Positions 1-8,213 of a stretch of 64,000 bases of DNA are shown here, piece after piece. Source of the stretch: Candidatus Poseidoniaceae archaeon (lineage in GTDB: Archaea > Thermoplasmatota > Poseidoniia > Poseidoniales > Poseidoniaceae). The stretch is taken from positions 2,509-66,508 of the forward strand of contig JBJLBB010000003.1 in NCBI GenBank assembly GCA_045568435.1. The letters are read 5' to 3'. Each line of letters starts with the position of its first letter. Positions within the stretch are counted from its first letter, which is position 1. The notes under the pieces were generated by a model. The model had not been told where the DNA came from and did no database searches. It saw only the letters and a list, made by a program, of their open reading frames with translations. The position numbers and the translations under genes are program-made.

Positions 1-186
1 CATTCATTCCCCAAAACCGAGTACATGGGTTTTATCGACTACTCATAAATTGGACCAGCTCGAATTAAATCAATTTTAAAAAAGTAATAAATATTCATTG
101 AAGAATTATTATTAACATTGAAATCGGAATTGTGAAATTACCCATGTTGGGACAAAACTAAAGTATTGAAATAATTATTTTTACAC

Positions 187-1671
187 ATGCGAGAAAAGGT
201 CCTGTTTTTGTGCACCATACTGCTGCTCGGAAGCCTTAGCGGGTGTCTCAGTTCAGATTCTTCGGTAAATGAGGAGGCCGAACAAAACGACGGGCTGACA
301 GATTCCACACTTCAACAGAATGAGACTGAAGATAGACCAAGAGTAAATATTCACGGCCTCCGCTGGAGTGTCCTGCTTGCCGAATGTGGCAACGAGGTAA
401 AACCCGAAATTTGGAATGCTTCTGGAGTCGTCGAATTGTTCAATGCAATCGATTATGATGACAGTGGAGAACTCAGTTACTGTGAGATTTTTATCCACAT
501 AGACCACAGATTAATGCCTTACAACGGTACTTATGCAATGCATATTTGGACTTCTAGCAGTTCGGATTCTTTCACTTTTGATGAATACTTTGATTACGAA
601 CAAAGTCGAAGTCCAGGAATGCGATATCAGGAAGATTTGTATCGAGATACGTTTAACAGCGCTGATGAAAATCAAGATCAGCAAATTGATACGACAGAGA
701 TTGAATTATTTATCGCGGAAACCCACAATATATCCGCTACCGGCCTCTTGGCCGACGGTGATTTATTTGTTGAGTCGATTATAGATTCGATGCGTGATGG
801 TTCATTGCCCTTGGCCGATATTGGTGATGATGGATATCTGACATTCGACGAATTTGCTGAATTCCATAATTTAGGAGATGAAGAATACTTTTACTCTGTG
901 TATTCTCTGTACAATGAATTGTCTTGGATTTTCGAGTCCACCCGAGGATTTACTCCACAAGAACTTTTCAACATTACTGATTCTGACGTAAATGGTTTCA
1001 TCACCTTAGAAGAGTTTTTTTATCTCGGAACTGAACTTGAAAATGATTTAGAATTCTATTGGGATTATTGTGAATATAATGCTGAGTCAAACGACTACAT
1101 GTGCTGGCTGAGTGATTGGGAACTAGACGACAGCGGAGAGACTTTTTCACAATGTGAAGAAGTTTATTCGGGAGCATGGTACTGTGATGGAGGAGCTTCT
1201 GACGACGAGGATGAAGATGATGATCAGGATGAAGACAATGATCATGACGACACAATGATAGGTCCAAACGACTGGTACCATTATCCATACGGTTTCTGTG
1301 AATGGAATGAAGGCAATTTAACATGGCAGTGTAAGTTGTCTGAGTCGGATCAAGAATGGCACAACGACTGGTATTATTGCGACTTGTTTGGATTTGAGTG
1401 GCACTGTACAAATTACTATGGTCAGTCGAACGAAGGACCACTAAATTACAATTATTACTGGTGGGAATACATGCATCAGTTTGAAGATGAGTACAAGGAA
1501 GATTTGATGTCTTCTATTTACAACTGTAGTAAAGGAAATGACGGACTAGTCAACAATTCTGAGTTTGAAAATCTATATTATAATATGCAATTTGATAACC
1601 CAAGTCTGATGCGAGCTTCTGTTTATTGGATATCAATTCCGATGGTCGTTTGTCCATCGATGAGATTGTAA
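187..1671 (+). CDS. Acidic EF-hand-repeat lipoprotein, N-terminal part (frameshifted into 1626-2849)
   Basis: Signal peptide with lipobox LSGC; EF-hand loops DYDDSGELSYCE, DENQDQQIDTTE, DSDVNGFITLEE; Trp/Cys repeats. One extra C in CCC at 1599-1601 joins it in frame to the next ORF. Confidence 0.75.
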   Translation: MREKVLFLCTILLLGSLSGCLSSDSSVNEEAEQNDGLTDSTLQQNETEDRPRVNIHGLRWSVLLAECGNEVKPEIWNASGVVELFNAIDYDDSGELSYCEIFIHIDHRLMPYNGTYAMHIWTSSSSDSFTFDEYFDYEQSRSPGMRYQEDLYRDTFNSADENQDQQIDTTEIELFIAETHNISATGLLADGDLFVESIIDSMRDGSLPLADIGDDGYLTFDEFAEFHNLGDEEYFYSVYSLYNELSWIFESTRGFTPQELFNITDSDVNGFITLEEFFYLGTELENDLEFYWDYCEYNAESNDYMCWLSDWELDDSGETFSQCEEVYSGAWYCDGGASDDEDEDDDQDEDNDHDDTMIGPNDWYHYPYGFCEWNEGNLTWQCKLSESDQEWHNDWYYCDLFGFEWHCTNYYGQSNEGPLNYNYYWWEYMHQFEDEYKEDLMSSIYNCSKGNDGLVNNSEFENLYYNMQFDNPSLMRASVYWISIPMVVCPSMRL

Positions 1672-2849
1672 ATGCTACCAACATGTTTGCCATACATAAT
1701 ATTAATTTTCAACCCATTTCTGTGCACAACTATGATTCATTATCAGACACCTTTGCAACATTTGATATGGATATCGACCTTACTCTTGATCAATATGAGT
1801 TCACTGAAAGTAACTATTGGAAGAGTATGGGGTACATGACTTGGGGGGGTATGGGGTACATGGCTCCTTACTACCTCTTCCAGTGCGGAGATGGATATCT
1901 AATACCTTCATCTTACCTCGATGATGGAAAGGAAGATTGCCCCGATGGTTCAGATGAGATTCAGGGGGGCATCGGAGCAGACTATCGTGACGTAACAAGA
2001 ATCACGTTGAATCAATGTACTCAGGAAGATATCACATCTTGTTCTGGTTTTGCTTGTGGATTTCCTAGTTTTGAAAGCCTTGATTCTAACGGAAACGGCA
2101 CGCTAAGCCTACATGAATTTACTAACGGATTACATGCTGTAGATGATTATTATAGCATCGATATGTACGAGAATATATTTGACACGTTGATATATTTTTC
2201 AGATGTTGACGACGATGACGAGACTAATGATGTTCAAGAAATCAACAAGACCACGTATGAAGTAATCGGTGTAAACCAATACAATGAGATATGCGCTGGT
2301 TTAGGATGTGGATTTCCTGGTTTTGAAGAAGTCGATGCTGATGAAAATTTAATTATTGATAAAGATGAATTCGTGAACAAAATGTCATCTATTGATCCCT
2401 ATTCAATTGACATGTTTGCAGAGACATTCGATGAAATCAATGGCGGCGATAATTTAGTTAACATAGATGAGTATGAACAATTTTTACATGACTATGATGA
2501 TTCATACGACAATGATCCTGAAACGGTAGCCATAGATTATTCCGAACAAGGATTACTCTTTTCAAAAAGCAGAAGCAACTGCTGGCACATAAAGTTCTAT
2601 GACGGCACGAATACAGATTACTCCACCTGGGGTGGAACTGTTAGTTTTACAGATTCAGACGGAGTTGTAACTACAATTGAAGACTTTTCAAGTGCTTACA
2701 CATTTCTCACATTAACAGGTTCTGAATCATGGATAATCGACGTTACATTTGCTGAAGACGGTGTTGGATTCGAAATAGATGATGTAAGATATGGTGGTGA
2801 CGATGGCTACTACTTAAGTGGAATATTATATATCATGTTCACAGAATAA
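1626..2849 (+). CDS. EF-hand / LDL-receptor class A-like protein, C-terminal part of the 187-2849 gene
   Basis: Begins within an EF-hand (DINSDGRLSIDE) at a TTG with no signal peptide; LDLa-like FQCGDG...DDGKEDCPDGSDE; duplicated CxGxxCGFPxFExxD module. Confidence 0.7.
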   Translation: MDINSDGRLSIDEIVNATNMFAIHNINFQPISVHNYDSLSDTFATFDMDIDLTLDQYEFTESNYWKSMGYMTWGGMGYMAPYYLFQCGDGYLIPSSYLDDGKEDCPDGSDEIQGGIGADYRDVTRITLNQCTQEDITSCSGFACGFPSFESLDSNGNGTLSLHEFTNGLHAVDDYYSIDMYENIFDTLIYFSDVDDDDETNDVQEINKTTYEVIGVNQYNEICAGLGCGFPGFEEVDADENLIIDKDEFVNKMSSIDPYSIDMFAETFDEINGGDNLVNIDEYEQFLHDYDDSYDNDPETVAIDYSEQGLLFSKSRSNCWHIKFYDGTNTDYSTWGGTVSFTDSDGVVTTIEDFSSAYTFLTLTGSESWIIDVTFAEDGVGFEIDDVRYGGDDGYYLSGILYIMFTE

Positions 2850-2938
2850 TTCTGGTCATCAAACATCATGTTCTAACAAAATCAATTCGTATATTCCTAT
2901 AACGGTACGCAATAAAATTTAGTGATTTATGAAGTTGG

Positions 2939-3130
2939 TAAATGGATAGCATATGCTCACAAGGGTTTCTCAATAACTACCATATGTTCAAAATTGGTGT
3001 TTACAAGGGCTTTGCGTGGGTCATATACAACGCTACGCACGAATAGGACGGACTGCGAACCCATGGATACAGGTTTAAGGTGTACAAGGGGGTTTAGCAT
3101 AACCCCTCGTGATCATAAGTAAACCATTTA
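2939..3130. repeat. Cassette junction site 1: two L arms head-to-head around TA 3034-3035
   Basis: 2939-2965 and revcomp 3104-3130 match 21/27. ACAAGGG (starts 2959) and CCCTCGT (ends 3110) are equidistant from TA 3034-3035. 2959-3036 matches 7821-7897 at 65/78. Confidence 0.8.
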
Positions 3131-3179
3131 TTCACTTTTGTGAATCTAATATGATGTCACCTAGATGAATCAGTAAATT

Positions 3180-5531
3180 TCAGTCATCACTACAGTATTC
3201 AGACCAATCATAATTCCAATAGTCACTCGAACTGAATGAGTTATGAATTACACATTTATTCTCATCAGATAAATCATCTGCACCCTCAAACATGGCATTC
3301 AAATTAATTGATCCTGAAACATCCCAATTTGATAAATCTTGATTGAAACTCTTAGCATCGTAGAACATTCCATACATGTTATTCACATTTGAAACATCCC
3401 AACTTGAAATATCTTGGTTAAAGCTTTCAGCACCATAGAACATTGAATTCATACCGTACCAATCATTCACACCTGAAACATCCCATCCTGAAATATCTTG
3501 GTTGAAACTGGAAGCACCACGAAACATTGAATTTAACTTAGTTACATTAGAGGTATCCCAATGTGAAATATCACCGTTAAAACTTGTTGCTGAAAAAAAC
3601 ATTCCGTTGGTATCAGTCACTTTAGAAACATCCCAGCTTACTAAGTCTTGATTAAAATCGGTAGCAGCAAAGAACATCCCCTCCATATCTGTTACACTTG
3701 AAACATTCCAATATCCAATATCTTGATTGAAATTGGTAGCGTAGTAAAACATCTCATTCATGTAAACCACATTTGAAACATCCCACCCTGAGAGATCTTG
3801 ATTGAAGCTTTGTGCAAATTTGAACATTTTTTCCGTGGTCGTTACACTCGAAACATCCCATTGTGAAATATCATCGTTAAATGTCTCGTTGTAGTAGAAT
3901 AATTCAGACATATCTGTAATCAATGATGTATCCCAAGTGCTGATATTTCCATAGGTTGAATTGGCTTCAGTTGAATTAGCGATCCACTCATCTACTGCAG
4001 TCTTCAGTTCATCTCTGGTTTCAGGTCGGAAATATTGTGAGGGGTGAGGGCAACCATCACTCCCAACTGAAGTTCCAGCAGGCGTATTTGGACAATCGTC
4101 ATCTCCATCAACGATTCCATCACTGTCTGTATCTACAGGAAAAATTGACCCGTTAAGAGGGTCGGTTGTATACCAAATCTCTTGACTATCATGCCAGCCG
4201 TCACCATCTGTATCGGGACAAAGTGGGTGTTGGGCTTGAGTAGGGAATTCATTTGAAACGAGTGGATTGGTACCAAACATATATTCACAGCTATTTGAGA
4301 AACCATCATTGTCAGGGTCTTCAACAACACTTGAAGGGTTAACAATATGATGCATTAAGACGTAATCACTCCACGTCGTAAAGTCCGGTTCAGATTCCAT
4401 GTGCGAATGATACAAGGGCCCAAAAGTTGTCCAGTAGGTTGAAGTTATTCCGGGATAAGTACCAAACATTGCTTCCCATCCATCGGGAAGATTGTCGCCA
4501 TCTGTATCATTACTGTGTGGGTTTGAACCAAGGTCATATTCTTGCAATGCTGTTAATTGGTCACTGTCCCCATCAGTACTGCTATCGTCGGTTATGGGAT
4601 TAAATCCGTATGCCAATTCCCAACCATCAGGTAGTCCATCTGAGTCAGTATCGTCTAATTGTGGATTTGTACCATTTTCATATTCCTGTATATTGGAAAG
4701 ACCATCTAAATCTGGATCCACAGTCAATTGATTTGGGCAGACCCACCCCCCATTTGCATTATAGTAACATATCTCATCTTCACCATCGCTTGAATCATTC
4801 GAGTCAAGCCCATTATCAGTTTCCCAAATGTCAGGCATTCCATCACCATCGGAATCTGTTGTCGCTGTTATTTCACACCCGTTTGCATCAATGGTGGTAC
4901 CAACAGGTGTATTCGGGCATTGATCATCAGCATCGGAAACTCCGTCACCATCACCATCAGAGATTACTTCGCAACCGTTTGCATCAACCGTCGCACCAGT
5001 AGAGGTGTTCGGACATTGGTCATCAACATCAGCCACTCCATCGCCATCATCATCAGAGATTACTTCGCAACCGTTTGCATCAACAGTCGCACCAGTAGCG
5101 GTGTTCGGACATTGGTCATCATCATCAGCCACTCCGTCACCATCACCATCAGAGATTACTTCGCAACCGGTTGCATCAACCGTCGCACCAGTAGCGGTGT
5201 TCGGACATTGGTCATCAGCATCAGCGACTCCATCACCGTCAGTGTCAGTCTCTGCAACTACTTCGCAACCAGTTGCGTCAACAGTCGTATCTATTGGTGT
5301 TGTTGGACACAGATCAACATCATCCATGACACCATCGCCATCACCGTCCAACTGATTATCAGCACAACCATCTAAATCTACATTTAATCCAAGATCGGTC
5401 TCCGGACAAAGATCATCACTGTCCAAAATAGCGTCGTTATCTGTGTCAATTTGTTCATCGATATCGGTACATCCAGCAAGGGAGGTCGTCATCATCATCA
5501 ACGCAAAAAGAAGTGTTCGCAAATTCTTCAT
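3180..5531 (-). CDS. Surface lipoprotein with thrombospondin type-3-like Ca-binding repeats and BspA/DUF285-type repeats
   Basis: Start MKNLRTLL with lipobox LAGC; DxDGDGVxDxxDQCP repeats; C-terminal 25-aa repeats FNQDISxWDVSxVTxMxxMF. Confidence 0.85.
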   Translation of the reverse strand: MKNLRTLLFALMMMTTSLAGCTDIDEQIDTDNDAILDSDDLCPETDLGLNVDLDGCADNQLDGDGDGVMDDVDLCPTTPIDTTVDATGCEVVAETDTDGDGVADADDQCPNTATGATVDATGCEVISDGDGDGVADDDDQCPNTATGATVDANGCEVISDDDGDGVADVDDQCPNTSTGATVDANGCEVISDGDGDGVSDADDQCPNTPVGTTIDANGCEITATTDSDGDGMPDIWETDNGLDSNDSSDGEDEICYYNANGGWVCPNQLTVDPDLDGLSNIQEYENGTNPQLDDTDSDGLPDGWELAYGFNPITDDSSTDGDSDQLTALQEYDLGSNPHSNDTDGDNLPDGWEAMFGTYPGITSTYWTTFGPLYHSHMESEPDFTTWSDYVLMHHIVNPSSVVEDPDNDGFSNSCEYMFGTNPLVSNEFPTQAQHPLCPDTDGDGWHDSQEIWYTTDPLNGSIFPVDTDSDGIVDGDDDCPNTPAGTSVGSDGCPHPSQYFRPETRDELKTAVDEWIANSTEANSTYGNISTWDTSLITDMSELFYYNETFNDDISQWDVSSVTTTEKMFKFAQSFNQDLSGWDVSNVVYMNEMFYYATNFNQDIGYWNVSSVTDMEGMFFAATDFNQDLVSWDVSKVTDTNGMFFSATSFNGDISHWDTSNVTKLNSMFRGASSFNQDISGWDVSGVNDWYGMNSMFYGAESFNQDISSWDVSNVNNMYGMFYDAKSFNQDLSNWDVSGSINLNAMFEGADDLSDENKCVIHNSFSSSDYWNYDWSEYCSDD
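4876..5345 (-). repeat. 96-bp (32-aa) coding tandem repeat, ~5 units
   Basis: cattggtcatc recurs at 5014, 5110 and 5206 (96-bp period); unit DGDGVADxDDQCPNTATGATVDAxGCEVISDG. Confidence 0.85.
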
Positions 5532-5558
5532 AACATACCCACGCCTCATAAAGTAAAT

Positions 5559-5698
5559 GAATACAACGGGGCCCCTTGTACTCATGTACGTATACAACGC
5601 TAGCGATGTATATGGCCCACTGATAGCCCTTTAGTTTACATAATCTGAAAACAAGGGTATTATGCTGAAGCCCTCGTAGTTATATGCTATTCACTTAT
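5559..5698 (-). repeat. Cassette junction site 2: intact L|R site on the minus strand, core TA 5601-5602
   Basis: Dyad TATACAACGC-TA-GCGATGTATA (5591-5612). Revcomp 5601-5677 aligns ungapped to 2959-3035 at 51/77. 5559-5600 matches 6468-6509 at 29/42. Confidence 0.8.
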
Positions 5699-5709
5699 TC
5701 AAGTCACTA

Positions 5710-6408
5710 TTAACCAATTGTCACATTATTGACAGAGTAAACCATCGACCACGAATTATACGGGGCATAGATATGAATTGAATGTTGACAGAAAGTGAAG
5801 GAACCCGGCAGAATAAAATCGGGTTGCAGATAAACACCCCCGGCGAAAGCATCATGTGGATTCGCTACGTGAGTTAAAAAATTCAATCCATTGCATGAAG
5901 AACTAATTCTCATGCCCGGATAATCGTAGCCCGCACTCGATGATGCTTCATGGAGTGATTTTACAGGATATGCCTCAATAATTCGAAGTGCCTCACCCGC
6001 TGATGAGTTCAATACCCACACAACATCTGTATTACTTTCTGGACGTCCATTAGAGGGCGGAGCGGAACCTCCGATCGCTATTATTTCTGGGCCTGTGGAA
6101 CTATAGTTAGTAATCGTGTTATTTGTATATGAATAATTATTGTAGTTGTAATCAGTACTGCCTGGATATGTGTAATTTGTATAGTAATTGTCTATATCTG
6201 CTGGTTGAGGTGTTTGTGAATTATCATTCCCATGAGATGTTGTATCATTTTCGTAATTTATGCTAGTATTATTGTAATAATTATTCACAATCGTAGTGCC
6301 TTCTGATTGAACATCAGATGAACTAGAATCATCATCTCCACCAAAACATCCGGAAAGAGGCATTGTGATTACAAGCAAACAAAATAGCAGAGTATTTACT
6401 TTTCTCAT
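5710..6408 (-). CDS. Hypothetical lipoprotein with Asn/Thr/Tyr-rich linker
   Basis: MRKVNTLLFCLLVITMPLSGC lipobox; NNYYNNT-type low complexity followed by a small globular domain. Confidence 0.8.
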   Translation of the reverse strand: MRKVNTLLFCLLVITMPLSGCFGGDDDSSSSDVQSEGTTIVNNYYNNTSINYENDTTSHGNDNSQTPQPADIDNYYTNYTYPGSTDYNYNNYSYTNNTITNYSSTGPEIIAIGGSAPPSNGRPESNTDVVWVLNSSAGEALRIIEAYPVKSLHEASSSAGYDYPGMRISSSCNGLNFLTHVANPHDAFAGGVYLQPDFILPGSFTFCQHSIHIYAPYNSWSMVYSVNNVTIG

Positions 6409-6467
6409 AGTTGTGATTATGACTGTAGGCAAATAAACCTCTTGCCGTTTTTCTAATTAAATGGGGC

Positions 6468-6642
6468 GAATACAAGGGTCCCCCTCGTGTCCGCATACAT
6501 ATACAAGGGTACCCATATATACGCATACAAGCATAAGGGGTCCCCTTGTATACAGGGGCCTTCAGTTCTGCCCTTGTTGCAGCCCTAATACACAAATTAA
6601 GTCCGTATGAGATCTCTGATGGAATATGCTCAATTCACTTAT
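6468..6642. repeat. Cassette junction site 3: two R arms head-to-head around TA 6510-6511, plus an L-distal motif at 6624-6642
   Basis: Symmetric layout: box 6472-6488, 11 nt, TATACAAGGG-TA-CCCATATATA (6500-6521), 11 nt, box 6533-6549. ATATGCTCAATTCACTTAT (6624-6642) resembles 5682-5698. Confidence 0.8.
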
Positions 6643-6661
6643 CTAGAAATTTTCAGACAAC

Positions 6662-7696
6662 TCAAGGACCTTCAAAAGTAAATAGCGCAATGAAGACTGC
6701 AAAGAAACAGAATGGAATATAGATTATTGCTCCCCACAAATTCATCCTACGTCCTTCAAGAATGGGCGAGGATTTCTTGAATAGCATCATAAGAGCTGGC
6801 ACCATTCCAAAAACAATAGCACCAAAAGCGCCCCCGGGGTTGTTCCACCAATCACCGTCAATTAAAATCCATATCATCATCGACGAATAATATGCGAAAA
6901 TAGTTGGTTTCATCACCGTATTCAAAAGGCAAATGGCGTAAGAAGAAGAACTCCCGTCAAGCCGATCGTTGCTAAATGTAATTCCTCGTTTTATGGTACC
7001 CATATTTAGCCGAGTAGCTCCAAATAATGCGACGCAGAAGCATAGGGGGGCAATCGCTACTGAAAGATACCAAGATGATTTAGACCTGTCTTTATCCAAA
7101 ATAATACGAAGGTCACCTGGAATAAAATCATCATCAACAGCAACAATAAGATTTGCATCTTTGAAAAAATTGTCGTCAAATGAAACATAACCTTGGATAT
7201 TGTGTCTACCTGTGTAGGTAAACGGAATCCAATCCTCTCCCCCACTGGCTATTTTGCCGGAACATTCCTCAAACCCATCAGGACAAACAACGCTTGCAGC
7301 GTATACATCACCTCTTGAAGCGATGGCTCCATTACGATCGTTAAAGTCCAACAAAATTGTGATTTCTTTGGCGGAAGTCACCAGACCAGGATACCATCCT
7401 CTTTCCTCATCAGCACAGCATCCGGGGGAATTGTATTCTTCAATATTGAAGGTATACAAAGTAAATTCCTGGCCTTCAATTTCCTCTTCACCAATTAAAT
7501 CCGAGCTGTATATTGTAAAATTCTCCACTTCAAGGTCATGAGTAAATGTAGTAAAATATATCGAGGTAAGCATCAATGCAGGGAGAAAGAATGAAGAAAG
7601 CAATCTTACTAAGAAGCCGTCTACATTTTCAAACAGTTTAGTGTTAATGGGTGTTGGGGGAACTCCATCTGCTCTTGAATCTTCCAAGCCACCCAC
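6662..7696 (-). CDS. Hypothetical multi-pass membrane protein with Cys-containing extracellular loop
   Basis: 344-aa ORF, GTG start; one N-terminal and about four C-terminal hydrophobic segments. Confidence 0.7.
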   Translation of the reverse strand: MGGLEDSRADGVPPTPINTKLFENVDGFLVRLLSSFFLPALMLTSIYFTTFTHDLEVENFTIYSSDLIGEEEIEGQEFTLYTFNIEEYNSPGCCADEERGWYPGLVTSAKEITILLDFNDRNGAIASRGDVYAASVVCPDGFEECSGKIASGGEDWIPFTYTGRHNIQGYVSFDDNFFKDANLIVAVDDDFIPGDLRIILDKDRSKSSWYLSVAIAPLCFCVALFGATRLNMGTIKRGITFSNDRLDGSSSSYAICLLNTVMKPTIFAYYSSMMIWILIDGDWWNNPGGAFGAIVFGMVPALMMLFKKSSPILEGRRMNLWGAIIYIPFCFFAVFIALFTFEGP

Positions 7697-7800
7697 TCCA
7701 ACTAGCCCATTCCTTCTAATATTTCCAGCAGATTGAGTTGATACATTAATTTATTCCCGACGAGTACAAATTATACCTTATACTCCATTTTGTAAATAAA

Positions 7801-7914
7801 TATGTGAATTTACAGCCTCGACAAGGGTATTTCATAACACCCGTATGTTCAAAATTGGCGTATACAAGGGCTTTACATGGGCCATATTGAACGCTACCGT
7901 TGTAAACATTCATT
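7801..7914 (+). repeat. Cassette junction site 4 (terminal, tRNA-proximal): L arm, TA core 7895-7896, decayed R arm
   Basis: 7821-7897 matches 2959-3036 at 65/78; dyad TATTGAACGC-TA-CCGTTGTAAA (7885-7906). Confidence 0.8.
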
Positions 7915-8025
7915 GGACTACTTCATAATGCCTTGAGAGGTTTGAAGAAATCCTGCGATTTCATAGAAATGAGCAATCTGTTTACTCTTTGCATATCATG
8001 ACATCTATCAAAATATGCTAAGTTG

Positions 8026-8102
8026 TGGCGGGCGATGCAGGATTCGAACCCACGTCTCCGGCTCCGAAGGCCGGAAGGATATCCAGACTACCCTAATCGC
8101 CC
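8026..8102 (-). tRNA. tRNA-Arg (anticodon TCG), CCA encoded
   Basis: GGGCGAT/ATCGCCC acceptor stem, CCGGC-CT-TCG-GA-GCCGG anticodon arm, GGTTCGAATCC T-loop, 3' GCCA. Confidence 0.95.
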
Positions 8103-8213
8103 GTGGTCTTGCCACAGGTCCACCCTTCTTGAATAAGTTGGGTGATTTAGAAATCGAATGATAATTTTCTAATCTACCCTTTTATTGAATAAGTAATACC
8201 TTCTAGGGGGTTC

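Larger units (their letters stand above)
1..7914. mobile_element. Putative tRNA-Arg-adjacent gene-cassette array / variable island (left end outside window)
   Basis: Four unrelated envelope genes separated by copies of one repeat element with TA cores at 3034-3035, 5601-5602, 6510-6511 and 7895-7896. The element is not seen in the rest of the window. The last core lies ~130 bp from the tRNA-Arg 3' end. No integrase or transposase inside the visible part. Confidence 0.6.

Noticed and set aside
1825..1862. GTATGGGGTACATG twice with a G7 tract, as a phase-variation site
   Set aside because: In frame (MGYMTWGGMGYM); the tract is short and is not where the gene's frameshift lies.
2870..2940. Canonical integron attC (TTCTAAC...GTTGGTA after the EF-hand gene)
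   Set aside because: R boxes are not complementary, there is no convincing L''/L' stem, and the motif is not repeated after the other genes.
3095..3107. TAGCATAACCCCT, identical to the start of the T7 terminator (vector contamination?)
   Set aside because: Only 13 nt match; the rest of the terminator is absent and the sequence is part of the native L-arm box.
2922..3122. 66-aa ORF across site 1 (and the 87-aa ORF 6332-6595 across site 3)
   Set aside because: Chance frames over the palindromic repeat elements; no protein-like features.
4492..5375. Plus-strand ORFs with repeats (4492-4731, 4610-5002, 4920-5375, 5005-5355)
   Set aside because: Antisense shadows of the 96-bp coding repeat in the minus-strand lipoprotein.
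6468..6580. Replication origin with ORB repeats
   Set aside because: No TTCCA/GGAAAC-type ORB consensus, no adjacent cdc6/orc1, and the motifs recur at four separate intergenic sites.
2939..7914. CRISPR array
   Set aside because: Repeats are kilobases apart, degenerate and in mixed orientation; no 30-40 nt spacers and no cas genes.
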